In this document: positions 29,254-39,054 of the stretch, piece after piece | How the letters are laid out: each line of letters starts with the position of its first letter | Numbering within the stretch: the first letter of the stretch is position 1 | Origin: an uncultured Saprospiraceae bacterium | GTDB taxonomy: Bacteria > Bacteroidota > Bacteroidia > Chitinophagales > Saprospiraceae | Direction: 5' to 3' | Length of the DNA stretch: 64,000 nucleotides | NCBI GenBank assembly: GCA_937921775.1 | Contig: CAKZUK010000010.1 | Span: forward strand, 12,037 to 76,036 | The notes under the pieces: generated by a model | What the model was told of the DNA's origin: nothing | What the model saw: only the letters and a program-made list of their open reading frames with translations | The model's database searches: none | Position numbers and translations under genes: made by a program

Positions 29254-30450
29254 ATGAAAGCATTACATGTAAAATTAACCTCCACTACATCTCTATTCTT
29301 AATGCTGTTCTTAATCAGCTCTTGCAGATCTCCGCAAAAAATGGTTGAATCAGGCGATTATGACCGAGCAATCGAATACGCAGTCCAAAAGCTTGAAGGC
29401 AAATCAAAGAAAAAGGAAAAATTTGTCCGTGCGCTCGAAGAAGGATTCAGCAAAGCAACTAGCAGAGATATGCGCGACATAGCAGCCTTAAAGAATGATG
29501 GTGCTGCTCATAGCTGGCAAAAGATATACAGCATCTATCGCGATATCGAGTTGCGCCAGGAATTGGTTGAACCACTACTTCCTCTCATTGGGAAAGCTGG
29601 ATACCATGCGACTTTTAAGTTTGTAAAGGTCGATGAACCAATTAAAGAAGCTAAACATCGCTCATCTGAATACTACTATTCAAAAGGAGAGGACTATCTA
29701 AAAGATGCTCGACTTGGCGATAAAAATGCTGCAAGAAAAGCTTACAATGCATTCAACAAAATCAATCAGTTTTATCCTGACTTTAGAAACAAAGAAAAGC
29801 TTACCCTTGAGGCAAGACACTTAGGTACCACTCGCTACCTATTTAAAATGGCCAATGACGCTCGTGTAACTTTACCCACTAGCTTCGAACAAGAATTGCT
29901 ACGCATCAGTGTACGCGATATGAACTCAGTCTGGAATGAATTTGACATGAAGCCAGTTGAAGGAGTTATTTACGATTACGATATTCTTATGCGTTTGACA
30001 AATATTGAAGTGAGTCCTGAGATTTTAAAAGAACGTGCCTATGTTGACCATAAAGAAATAGAAGATGGCTTTGAGTATGTTCTAGACAACAATGGCAATG
30101 TATTAAAAGACACTTCTGGTAATGATGTAACAGTGCCTCGTAAGGTTTTTATTTATGCAAATGTCATTGAGGTTTACCAAAATAAATTTGCTCGAGTTGG
30201 TGGCCGATTGGAAGTCTTCGATAGAGACAACAAAAGCCTGATCGACACTCGACCAATTACGGTAGAAACTATTTTTGAAAATTACGCTTCAACTTTTACA
30301 GGTGACCGTCGCGCATTATCAAGAGATTCTAAAAACCGTTTGGGCAATAGCCCGCAACCTTTCCCTCATGATGATGATTTGCTTTTGGAAGCAGCAGAGC
30401 GACTTAAGCCTATTGTCAAAGAAGAAGCTAGTCGATTCCTATTGCTGTAG
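29254..30450 (+). CDS. Lipoprotein of unknown function
   Basis: 398 aa with lipobox LISSCRSP. No recognisable catalytic motif. Confidence 0.6.
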   Translation: MKALHVKLTSTTSLFLMLFLISSCRSPQKMVESGDYDRAIEYAVQKLEGKSKKKEKFVRALEEGFSKATSRDMRDIAALKNDGAAHSWQKIYSIYRDIELRQELVEPLLPLIGKAGYHATFKFVKVDEPIKEAKHRSSEYYYSKGEDYLKDARLGDKNAARKAYNAFNKINQFYPDFRNKEKLTLEARHLGTTRYLFKMANDARVTLPTSFEQELLRISVRDMNSVWNEFDMKPVEGVIYDYDILMRLTNIEVSPEILKERAYVDHKEIEDGFEYVLDNNGNVLKDTSGNDVTVPRKVFIYANVIEVYQNKFARVGGRLEVFDRDNKSLIDTRPITVETIFENYASTFTGDRRALSRDSKNRLGNSPQPFPHDDDLLLEAAERLKPIVKEEASRFLLL

Positions 30451-30526
30451 TAACTCAAAATAGTAAAGATGGAGGAGTGATCTGACAAACTGAGCAGATT
30501 GCGTGGCGAGAAACCCATTCCAAAAC

Positions 30527-30564
30527 AAAAAAGCCCGAAGCGAATATACGCTCCAGGCTTTTTT
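30527..30564. terminator. Bidirectional terminator hairpin between convergent genes (AAAAGCC...GGCTTTT)
   Basis: A-run, then the imperfect stem AAGCCCGAAGCG/CGCTCCAGGCTT, then a T-run. Confidence 0.6.
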
Positions 30565-30585
30565 CCTTAAAAGGAAGACATCAAT

Positions 30586-30774
30586 TTATTCCTCAATGTC
30601 TTGAATAAAATTCTTATCAGTCACCAACAATAGAGTGCTAAGCATGACTAATAAAGACACAGATACACCTATTACAGTATTAACTTCCAACAAATAAAAA
30701 ATAGTAAAAAAGAAGGAGAGGCTCATAACTAGAGCAAGAGAGAAACCAGATAATACGAATAAGGTTTTTTTCAT
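30586..30774 (-). CDS. Small membrane protein (62 aa from ATG 30774)
   Basis: MKKTLFVLSGFSLALVMSLSFFFTIFYLL...VSVSLLVMLSTLLLV gives two hydrophobic helices. The tracked ORF extends to 30825. Confidence 0.35.
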   Translation of the reverse strand: MKKTLFVLSGFSLALVMSLSFFFTIFYLLEVNTVIGVSVSLLVMLSTLLLVTDKNFIQDIEE

Positions 30775-31005
30775 GGTTAAAACGGTTTTTAGAATTTTAA
30801 ACTTCGATGCTTTTGGTAAGTCCAAGATACAAAAAGAATGCCAATTACAAATTAATTTCTATACAAACGTTAGAGGTTTTATTAATATTATGCTTTGTTT
30901 TAAATATCATATTAAATCATCATTAAAAAGCTTAATAGAATTGCTATTTTCGCACTAAATTAAGCGATACTGCTTATTTACAAGCCAAACTAATAGCTAT
31001 AATTT

Positions 31006-32346
31006 ATGAAATCTATTTGCATAAAAAATGCACGTATAGTTAATCGAGGGAAGATTGAAGAACGAGATATCTATATTGAAAACCAACGTATTAGCCGAAT
31101 TGAGAATAATATTTCAAAATCTGCTGATATTGAGCTTGACGCCAAAGGAAATTTGGTAATGCCGGGTGTTATCGACGATCAAGTACACTTTAGAGACCCA
31201 GGATTGACACATAAAGCTGATTTGTATACGGAGCCTCGAGCTGCCGTTGCAGGGGGCACCACGTCCTTTATGGAAATGCCTAATACAAAACCAGCTGCTT
31301 TGACACAAGAACTACTAGAATCCAAATACCAGACAGCTGCCAACAAATCTTTGGCAAACTACTCATTTTTCATGGGTGCTTCCAATGAAAATTTGGAGGA
31401 AGTGCTAAAGACTGACCCTAAGTCGGTTTGTGGTGTAAAAATATTCATGGGCTCTAGTACGGGAAATATGCTGGTCGATGAACGATCCGTTCTAGAATCA
31501 CTATTCGCAAAGGTACCAATGCTGATTGCTACTCATTGTGAAGACGAAGCAACGGTTCGTGCCAACACAAAAACTTATATCGAAAAATACGGAGATAATA
31601 TCCCAATTCTCTGCCATCCCGACATTAGATCAGTGGAGGCTTGTTATAAATCTTCACATCTAGCTATTGAATTAGCAAAGAAATACAATACTCGTCTGCA
31701 CATCCTACATATTTCTACCGCGGATGAGTTGGCACTTTTCAGAAATGACATCCCCCTTTCTGAAAAAAGAATAACCGCAGAAGTATGCGTTCACCACCTT
31801 TTCTTCAATTCAGCAGATTATGAAGCACAAGGAACACATATAAAATGTAACCCCGCTATAAAAGCAGCGTCTCATCAACAGGCTTTATTCCCTGCATTGC
31901 TTGACAATAGACTTGATATCATTGCCACAGACCATGCACCGCATACATTGGATGAAAAAGACAATCTATATACTTCAGCTCCATCTGGTCTTCCTTTAGT
32001 ACAACATTCATTGAATGTAATGCTTGATTTCCATCAAAAAGGGATGATTTCGCTAGAGCGAATGGTAGAAAAAATGTGTCATGCTCCGGCAGAATGTTTC
32101 CGACTCGCCGAGCGAGGATACTTAGATGAAGGATATTTTGCGGATATTGTGGTCGTTGACATGGAAAAAGAGTGGCAAGTACAACGTAATGGCCTTTATT
32201 CCAAATGTGGATGGTCGCCATTTGAAGGCCACAACTTTAAAGGTCAGGTTGAATCAACTATCGTAAGTGGCCACCTGGCATATCACAAAGGACAATTTGA
32301 CGAAAGCAAAAAGGGCATGCGCCTCGCTTTCAATGGCTGGACTTAA
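31006..32346 (+). CDS. pyrC: Dihydroorotase (amidohydrolase superfamily, long type)
   Basis: 446 aa. Motifs PGVIDDQVHFRDPGLTHK, GGTTSFMEMPNT, HCED, HILHIST, ATDHAPH. Confidence 0.85.
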   Translation: MKSICIKNARIVNRGKIEERDIYIENQRISRIENNISKSADIELDAKGNLVMPGVIDDQVHFRDPGLTHKADLYTEPRAAVAGGTTSFMEMPNTKPAALTQELLESKYQTAANKSLANYSFFMGASNENLEEVLKTDPKSVCGVKIFMGSSTGNMLVDERSVLESLFAKVPMLIATHCEDEATVRANTKTYIEKYGDNIPILCHPDIRSVEACYKSSHLAIELAKKYNTRLHILHISTADELALFRNDIPLSEKRITAEVCVHHLFFNSADYEAQGTHIKCNPAIKAASHQQALFPALLDNRLDIIATDHAPHTLDEKDNLYTSAPSGLPLVQHSLNVMLDFHQKGMISLERMVEKMCHAPAECFRLAERGYLDEGYFADIVVVDMEKEWQVQRNGLYSKCGWSPFEGHNFKGQVESTIVSGHLAYHKGQFDESKKGMRLAFNGWT

Positions 32347-32461
32347 ACATGTAATATTCATACTACGGTTTCTTAATTTCGAGAATCCAAAACAAACTCT
32401 AACGAACAAGGAGTCTACCTAATTTAAGAGTAGCTCCAAGAGTAAAAAACTAACAATCAAA

Positions 32462-33535
32462 ATGAGTGGTGATTTTATTTTATTAATCATATTTTTCTTC
32501 GTTTCAATTATCTTTTCTTTCCTCTGTTCTATCTGGGAAGCGGTGCTTTTAAGTATTCCGGCAACTTATGTCCAGGAACTAAAACAGTCCGGCTCTTCCG
32601 TTGCAGAACCACTTCAAAAAATAAAAGATAAAATCTCAAGACCATTAGCAGGTATCCTCACGCTTAACACCATCGCCCATACTGTTGGTGCAATCATGGT
32701 AGGTACCTTTGCTACAAAAATATGGGGGACTGGACCGATAACCTCATTTGGAATCCCAGTTTTCATGACCCTTGCCATTCTTATTCTTTCTGAAATAATC
32801 CCAAAAACGTTGGGTGCAAATAACTGGAGAGGTCTCACCCCGTTCACAGTACGTTCCCTTAATTTCATTCTTTTTATCCTTTGGCCCTTGGTATGGTTAA
32901 GTGAGTTAATTACTAGCGCCATGAAAAAAGACAAGACTGCTTCTATCAGTCGAGCAGGTATGTCTGCCATGGCAGATCTAGGTTTAAAAGAAGGTGTCTT
33001 TAAAGACGGTGAATCGAAGATCATTCGAAACCTCATGCACTTCAATAAAGTGAGAGCAGAGGATATCATGACGCCTCGTACTGTGGTAACTTCCGCTGAA
33101 GAAAACACCACGATTCGTGACTTCTATGAAAACAATCGCGACCTACGTTTCTCTCGTATTCCAATTTATAAAGAAAGCAAAGATGACATCTCTAGCTACT
33201 TTTTAAAGAGTGATCTGCTTGACTTTATGATTCAAGATAAAGGAGACAAAACACTTAAAGATATTGCTCGTCCTATGAGTATCGCAAATAAGTCAATGAT
33301 ACTTCCTGACTTGTTCAACAAGCTAATGGAAAAGCGTGAACACCTTGCCTTGGTTGTTGGTGAATTTGGTGGAATGGCTGGTGTAGTGACCATGGAAGAC
33401 GTCATTGAAACATTACTCGGAATGGAGATTGTAGATGAATCTGACAATACAACAGACATGCAAGCACTTGCCCGTAAAAACTGGGAAAAAAGAGCTAAAG
33501 ACTTAGGAATCAGTGAAGGTAAAAAACCAGAATAA
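32462..33535 (+). CDS. CNNM/DUF21 transmembrane domain + CBS-pair protein (hemolysin/CorC-related), lacking the CorC_HlyC tail
   Basis: 357 aa. DUF21-like N-terminus (LCSIWEAVLLSI..., LTLNTIAHTVGA), then a CBS pair (EDIMTPRT..., LALVVGEFGGMAGVVTMEDVIE). Confidence 0.85.
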   Translation: MSGDFILLIIFFFVSIIFSFLCSIWEAVLLSIPATYVQELKQSGSSVAEPLQKIKDKISRPLAGILTLNTIAHTVGAIMVGTFATKIWGTGPITSFGIPVFMTLAILILSEIIPKTLGANNWRGLTPFTVRSLNFILFILWPLVWLSELITSAMKKDKTASISRAGMSAMADLGLKEGVFKDGESKIIRNLMHFNKVRAEDIMTPRTVVTSAEENTTIRDFYENNRDLRFSRIPIYKESKDDISSYFLKSDLLDFMIQDKGDKTLKDIARPMSIANKSMILPDLFNKLMEKREHLALVVGEFGGMAGVVTMEDVIETLLGMEIVDESDNTTDMQALARKNWEKRAKDLGISEGKKPE

Positions 33536-33550
33536 ACGGTCGAAAATTTT

Positions 33551-34186
33551 ATGCAAAACAAGCCTTACATAATTGGGATAACAGGAGGAAGTGGTTCAGG
33601 AAAAACGACCTTTATCAAACAGATTAGGGAGCAGTTTCCAGAAAAACAACTTTGTATCTTGTCTATGGATGAATACTACCGCCCCCGAGAAGAACAAGAC
33701 AAGGATGATGAGGGAATTGTACATTTTGACAAGCCTAAATCTATTGATAAACAAGCACTGTTGCGTGACATCAGTCAGCTCATGGCAGGATCGATCGTTA
33801 GCTTACCTCGCTACAACTTTAACAATAAAGATGCAGATCCGGTGATGCTAACTTTTCATCCGGCTCCTATCATTATTGTCGAAGGTTTGTTTACTTTTCA
33901 TTATAAAAAATTGCGTAAGCTTCTAGATCTAAAAATCTATTTTCACGCCAAGGATAACTTAAAAGTGATTCGTCGAATCAAGCGAGATCAGGTGGAGCGC
34001 AACTATCCGATAGAAGATGTACTGTATCGATACGAGAAGCATGTCTTGCCCGCATTTGAAAAATACATAAAACCATATATCGAAGGAGCTGACATTGTCG
34101 TTAATAACAATAAGAACTTCGAAAAAGGTTTTAATGTTATTTGCGGGTTCCTCAAGAACAAACTTGCGGAGCATAAGCAGTCATAA
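33551..34186 (+). CDS. udk: Uridine kinase
   Basis: 211 aa. P-loop IIGITGGSGSGKTT, then SMDEYY, IIIVEGL, RRIKRD. Confidence 0.9.
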   Translation: MQNKPYIIGITGGSGSGKTTFIKQIREQFPEKQLCILSMDEYYRPREEQDKDDEGIVHFDKPKSIDKQALLRDISQLMAGSIVSLPRYNFNNKDADPVMLTFHPAPIIIVEGLFTFHYKKLRKLLDLKIYFHAKDNLKVIRRIKRDQVERNYPIEDVLYRYEKHVLPAFEKYIKPYIEGADIVVNNNKNFEKGFNVICGFLKNKLAEHKQS

Positions 34187-34242
34187 AGTGTGCACTGCTT
34201 TTTTTCATGGCCTGCAATCTGTAGGATCACTTTATAAAAGCT

Positions 34243-35301
34243 ATGCAAAAATTACTTACACTCACCTGCCTCTTTTTAGCTGCCTATTTTAGCCATCTCC
34301 ATGCACAAACCTATAAAGGAATATGGATGGTAAATGGGAAGCTCGAGACTAATACTTATACATTAAACGGTAGCCCCACAACAATACTTCATCTCCAACC
34401 AGAACTAGCCCTCAACTTTAGTGAAAGCTGGATGGCTGGAGCTTCGCTCTCCATCGATTTTGCAAATAAGATTGCAAGGGTAGGGCATGGCCTGTTTGTT
34501 CGCCACACATTTATTAGAGCAAATAAAAATGAGATTTTCGCACATGCCTTTTTCGAGCACAGCAGTCAACGCTACTTACAGGGTGGGGGAAATAGCAAGT
34601 ACACAACAACTACGATAGGCCCTGGATTTGGATTACTACATTTCTTCAATAGTGCCGTTGCGCTTGAAGCAAAAATGGATTACAATCTTTTTCAAAAAAC
34701 AAGGAGTCAATTTAACTCCAATAAAAGAAATGCAAACTTTGTATTAAATTTCGGACTTCAATACTTTTTCGACAGTAAATTAAAAGCGGATTCTGTTAAG
34801 TGGAATTATAACATCAACAAAGGAGATTGGGTGATCGGCGGTACAGCTACTTTTGGTTACAAACCGAACTCTAATCCTGATTTTAATTTTACTTCTAGTA
34901 ATATCTTGCAACCATTTGCTGCTTACTTCATTACTAGTCATATCCTGTTGGGCTCCGGATTCAATACTGGAAATGACGCAAGTTTCCAAAGGATTCTCCT
35001 AGGCCTTTCACCTTTTAGCAGGTACTATATCAAGGTAGCTAGGAAGCATCAATTTTTTGGTGAGTTAAAGTTCTCTTACAATTTCATCTGGCAAAACTCA
35101 GGCGAACAATATAAAAGGTTCCCATATTCCTATGCTATAAGTCCTGGCCTTGGATATAGCACTTGGATATTACCTGAAGTTAGCTTCGACATAACCTTCA
35201 GTATAGATAATAATGCTTTGTACGATCAAATTTTAGATGAATGGTTTAAAGCCAAGCAATTCAACCTTAACGTGGGCTTAACTGCTTTTTTGCGCAAATA
35301 G
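34243..35301 (+). CDS. Putative outer-membrane beta-barrel protein
   Basis: 352 aa. Signal peptide ending HLHAQ, with alternating hydrophobic beta-strand pattern and aromatic-rich strands. Confidence 0.5.
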   Translation: MQKLLTLTCLFLAAYFSHLHAQTYKGIWMVNGKLETNTYTLNGSPTTILHLQPELALNFSESWMAGASLSIDFANKIARVGHGLFVRHTFIRANKNEIFAHAFFEHSSQRYLQGGGNSKYTTTTIGPGFGLLHFFNSAVALEAKMDYNLFQKTRSQFNSNKRNANFVLNFGLQYFFDSKLKADSVKWNYNINKGDWVIGGTATFGYKPNSNPDFNFTSSNILQPFAAYFITSHILLGSGFNTGNDASFQRILLGLSPFSRYYIKVARKHQFFGELKFSYNFIWQNSGEQYKRFPYSYAISPGLGYSTWILPEVSFDITFSIDNNALYDQILDEWFKAKQFNLNVGLTAFLRK

Positions 35302-35425
35302 TCGTTATTAAGCTAAATAGATTGAATATGAATGGATTGGATTAAAATTAGGGGTCAAAACATCAATTTAAGGCGCAATTTTTGCCAAAAAGGACATATT
35401 CTTATTAATTAAAATCTTTTATATT

Positions 35426-35433
35426 TATCTTTG
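35426..35433 (+). promoter_or_regulatory. Candidate -7 promoter box TATCTTTG
   Basis: Exact TAnnTTTG match, 61 nt upstream of the DUF1573 gene ATG. Confidence 0.3.
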
Positions 35434-35493
35434 TCTTATTAATGAGACTCAAATGAATTATTTAGATTATAAAAATTAAAAATTCTAATATCA

Positions 35494-36243
35494 ATGAAAA
35501 ATTTAAAGATCGTTTTTACACTTGCAATGGTTGCGATGCTATGCATGCCTGTCATGGCTCAAAAGGCATCGAAGAAAGCTAAAAAAGCATTAATTACTAA
35601 CGTTACGAAAATGGATGCTGAAAAGCAGAAAATGATTGTAGATTACGCTAGAAGCCTAGAAAAAGTAGACACTAAAAAAGCTTTAGCAAAAGCATACAAA
35701 AAACTATCTACTGACGATCGTCAGAAATTGATGGACTATATTGCAAAAGTAAATGCTCCTGCCAAGCTAGCGCCAGCAGCTCCAAAGAAGCCTAGAGTAA
35801 ATATGAAAGATGGTGTTGCTAAAGCAAAACCTGCAAAGCCTTCCAAAAGTAAAGTTGCTGCACCAAAAGGGCCAATGACACAAGTAGAAGTAATCGAAGC
35901 TACTTATGATTTCGGTGTAATCACTCAAGGTGAAAAAGCACAGACTATTTATAAAATTAAAAATGTTGGTAAGCACCCTCTAGTTATCAGCAAAGCAAAA
36001 GGTAGCTGTGGTTGCACGGTTCCTAAATGGCCAAAAGAAGCAATCGCTCCAGGAGAAATTGCGGAAATTGATGTTGTTTTCAACTCAAGAGGAAAGCGTG
36101 GTAAGCAAAACAAGCGTATCACTATTACCGCTAATACTGATCCTGTTTCTACCATTCTAACAATCAAAGGAGAAGTAAAAATGCCAGCTGACGCTCCTAA
36201 AAATGGTGCTAAAAAGCCTGCATCTCCTCCAGTAAAGGAGTAA
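35494..36243 (+). CDS. DUF1573 domain protein with Ala/Lys/Pro-rich linker regions
   Basis: 249 aa with a signal peptide. DUF1573 core: YDFGVITQGEKAQTIYKIKNVGKHPLVISKAKGSCGCTVPKWPKEAIAPGE...VVFNS. The AKP-rich stretch is AKLAPAAPKKPRVNMKDGVAKAKPAKPSKSKVAAPKGP. Confidence 0.75.
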   Translation: MKNLKIVFTLAMVAMLCMPVMAQKASKKAKKALITNVTKMDAEKQKMIVDYARSLEKVDTKKALAKAYKKLSTDDRQKLMDYIAKVNAPAKLAPAAPKKPRVNMKDGVAKAKPAKPSKSKVAAPKGPMTQVEVIEATYDFGVITQGEKAQTIYKIKNVGKHPLVISKAKGSCGCTVPKWPKEAIAPGEIAEIDVVFNSRGKRGKQNKRITITANTDPVSTILTIKGEVKMPADAPKNGAKKPASPPVKE

Positions 36244-36272
36244 TTATTTCTTTTAGCTTTAGCTAAAAAGTT

Positions 36273-36312
36273 ATCCCGAACTTGCTTGATTGCAGGTTCG
36301 GGATTTCTTTTT
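36273..36312 (+). terminator. Rho-independent terminator (ATCCCGAAC/GTTCGGGAT + T-run)
   Basis: 9-bp perfect stem at 36273-36281 and 36296-36304, followed by TTCTTTTT. Confidence 0.75.
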
Positions 36313-36538
36313 GTGAGATGCAAAAATTCTTTTTCGGGAATGAATGACAAATCGAAAGAATTGAACGCCAAGCCAAGCATCGGCAGAGGTTAGAACATTT
36401 TTTTCATATTTCGTGCTCCAACTGTATCTTTATTTTAACATTACAACTATCGATATCCCGACTGAGTTAGGCTCTTATAAATACAATACCCAATTTGATA
36501 AATTCATTGAATTTTCTTTTCTTTAGTATACCAACTAA

Positions 36539-37330
36539 ATGAAAAACCATCAAATGGGAAAAAATTTGTTTACAACAGCAACGATTTATTGTCTGCTCTT
36601 CCTTAGCTTCAGCGCTACAAGTCAGATTGTCAACATCGAAAAACAACGAAATAATACTCCTGACTCCATCCACTGGACTGGCAACATCAAGCTAGGATTC
36701 AACCTAGTAGAAAATAACAAAACCATCATCACCGTTAATGGAGATATGAGGCATGATTTTACAAAAAACCGTCACCTCTTTCTTTCTATCTCAAAATACA
36801 ATCTCGGCAAAGTCGATAATGAGGATTTTCTAAATGATGGTTTTCAGCATTTTCGATACAATTACAAAATTAATGATTGGCTGGTTTGGGAAGCATTTAC
36901 TCAAATCCAATATAACGAACGAATAAACTTAAAAATGCGTTGGCTAGCTGGATCTGGCCCTAGGTTTAAGCTGCTTAACGAAGATCGATATCAATTATTT
37001 TTTGGAACCATGTACATGTATGAATACGACAAAGAAGTACAAGGAGAAGAAGATGACCTTATCATTCATAACGACAACAGAGTTAGTAGTTACCTAGCCA
37101 TCAGTTTACAACCATTAGATAATCTTCAATTTAATAGCTCGTCCTATTACCAACCAGTATTATCTGATCTGTCAGACTTGAGATTATCCTCAGAATCTAA
37201 CTTATTAATCAAGGTTACCGAACGTTTAAAGTTTTCATCTACCTTTTCTATTGTTTATGACTCTCGTACTCCAGAGGGGGTTCCAAATACTACCTATCGT
37301 TTTTCGAATGGTGTGCGGTGGGAGTTTTAA
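36539..37330 (+). CDS. Putative outer-membrane protein (DUF481-like)
   Basis: 263 aa with a signal peptide. Repetitive beta-strand pattern, ending YRFSNGVRWEF. The family assignment is from memory only. Confidence 0.5.
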   Translation: MKNHQMGKNLFTTATIYCLLFLSFSATSQIVNIEKQRNNTPDSIHWTGNIKLGFNLVENNKTIITVNGDMRHDFTKNRHLFLSISKYNLGKVDNEDFLNDGFQHFRYNYKINDWLVWEAFTQIQYNERINLKMRWLAGSGPRFKLLNEDRYQLFFGTMYMYEYDKEVQGEEDDLIIHNDNRVSSYLAISLQPLDNLQFNSSSYYQPVLSDLSDLRLSSESNLLIKVTERLKFSSTFSIVYDSRTPEGVPNTTYRFSNGVRWEF

Positions 37331-37401
37331 AGATTTGAAAGTTCACTCGAATGCGGAGTTCCGCCAGACTAGGGAACTACCGACCTCCAATTCCTCATTT
37401 C

Positions 37402-37674
37402 TTAAACGATCTCATCAAACTCATCGACACCATCTTCAACTCTAAGGGAGTCCAAGCGTGTGGATTCCATTGTCTCAAAAATATTGTCAACTCTTTTTAT
37501 GAAAGCAGCGTCAATCACACGTTTGACATCTTCAATGCCCATCATATGCTGACCGCCACGATATTTGTAAGTTTGTTCTAATAGATTTTTTTCAAACTTA
37601 ACACTAAACTTGTCATCCATTTTAAAAACAGTGACCATGTAAGTAGCGTGTTCTATGTAGCCAATTATTCGCAT
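37402..37674 (-). CDS. Hypothetical protein (90 aa)
   Basis: Intact ORF with ordinary composition. It lies downstream of the decarboxylase cluster on the same strand. No motif recognised. Confidence 0.45.
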   Translation of the reverse strand: MRIIGYIEHATYMVTVFKMDDKFSVKFEKNLLEQTYKYRGGQHMMGIEDVKRVIDAAFIKRVDNIFETMESTRLDSLRVEDGVDEFDEIV

Positions 37675-37842
37675 TTTTTCTTTTTTTGTGTTGTAACCGT
37701 TCAGGCCTATTGTAGCTATATGACAAAGCTAGCTTAGAAGAAGTCAGACAATTGCTAATCAAGCCGAACTGTTCCTTTATTTTTTAAACTAATAAGTCGC
37801 TCAAGTTACAAGTTTATTTAGTTTTAAATAGCCTTTCAAGTG

Positions 37843-39045
37843 CTAAGATAAAAATGAAATCAATACTCCAGCCGCGACTGCAGATCCAATCACACCAGAA
37901 ATATTACTAGACATAGCGTATTGCAAAATATGATTCTGAGGATCATATTTAAGTGCAATGTCGTTAGCAACTCTGGAAGCCATTGGAACAGCACTCAAGC
38001 CAGTTGCGCCAATTAAAGGATTAATCTTCTTCTTTGAAAAAACATTGTAAATCTTCACTGCAGTAATACCTCCACAAATAGAGATAGCGAAAGCAATAAA
38101 GCCACCGACTACAATCATTAGCGTAGTTGGATTTAGAAAAGTGTTCGCCGTCATCGTTGCTCCTACAGTCAAACCCAAGAAGATCGTGGCAGTATTCATA
38201 ATCGTTTCTGAAGCAGCTTTAAACAGTCGATTGGTATCTGTACCAATTTCTTTAATCAGATTACCAAAAAGAAGCATTCCTACTAAGGGAACTGAAGAAG
38301 GCACTAGCAAAGAAACAATGGTTCCCAATGCAATCGGAAAGATAATCTTAACCGTTCTGATATTTTTAATCTTCGTCTTATTTGGATACAAACGATCTTG
38401 TTCCTTCATGTTTATTTTCAATTCCTTTTCAGACACCGTGTATTTCACCACCAATGGAATAATCACTGGAACCAAGGCCATATATGAATATGCCGCTATC
38501 GCAATTGGGCCCAAAAGATGGGGAGCTAAAATAATAGCTGTATAAATTGCAGTAGGTCCATCAGCTCCACCAATAATACCAAGTGCTGCAGCTTCTTGAA
38601 CTGTAAAGCCCATAAAAACAGCCGCAATCAAAACGGAAAATATTCCAATCTGTGCTGCAGCTCCAAAAAAAGCCAAACGAAGATTTCGAAGCATCGGACC
38701 AAAATCGGTCATAGCACCAACTCCCATGAAAATAAGTGGTGGCAACAAACCCGTTTTTATCAAAAGATAATAAAGCATATTCATTATACCATATTCTTTT
38801 GCGATTCCAATTATTGAAATATGCTTTAATTCCTCTTCCGCAATAAGAACCACATCCATGTGCCCTCCTGGGAAGTTAGCCAGTAAAACTCCAAATGCAA
38901 TGGGAACTAAAAGCAATGGCTCGTATCGTTTTTTGATTCCAAGATAAAGCAACAAAAAGGCCAACAAAATCATTAGAATCGTAGCAGGATTCTTAGCTAT
39001 GTCGCCAAAAGCAGTCATCTCATATAGTTTCTCAAGTATTTCCAT
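37843..39045 (-). CDS. oadB: Sodium ion-translocating decarboxylase beta subunit
   Basis: 400 aa, polytopic. Blocks EPLLLVPIAFGVLLANFP, MTDFGPMLRN and GATGLSAVPMASRV are typical of the OadB/GcdB/MmdB family. Confidence 0.9.
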   Translation of the reverse strand: MEILEKLYEMTAFGDIAKNPATILMILLAFLLLYLGIKKRYEPLLLVPIAFGVLLANFPGGHMDVVLIAEEELKHISIIGIAKEYGIMNMLYYLLIKTGLLPPLIFMGVGAMTDFGPMLRNLRLAFFGAAAQIGIFSVLIAAVFMGFTVQEAAALGIIGGADGPTAIYTAIILAPHLLGPIAIAAYSYMALVPVIIPLVVKYTVSEKELKINMKEQDRLYPNKTKIKNIRTVKIIFPIALGTIVSLLVPSSVPLVGMLLFGNLIKEIGTDTNRLFKAASETIMNTATIFLGLTVGATMTANTFLNPTTLMIVVGGFIAFAISICGGITAVKIYNVFSKKKINPLIGATGLSAVPMASRVANDIALKYDPQNHILQYAMSSNISGVIGSAVAAGVLISFLS

Positions 39046-39054
39046 TTTAGCTTT

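Noticed and set aside
31006-32346. Dihydroorotase first metal-binding motif reads D-Q-V-H (DDQVHFRDPG) instead of H-x-H, which might indicate an inactive PyrC-like pseudoenzyme.
   Set aside because: My recollection is that DDQVHFR(E/D)PG is the normal form in Bacteroidota dihydroorotases. The remaining motifs (HCED, HILHIST, ATDHAPH) are intact. An alignment with characterised enzymes would confirm this.
32614-33111. 165-aa ORF antisense to the CNNM/CBS gene. Similar antisense or shadow ORFs are 33232..33561, 35949..36380, 38141..38545, 11164..11511, 4863..5219, 10509..10772, 52568..52858, 62926..63387 and others in the track.
   Set aside because: Each lies wholly inside, and opposite to, a longer ORF with clear family motifs. 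They have no recognisable motifs and odd composition. They are typical shadow ORFs of AT-rich coding DNA.
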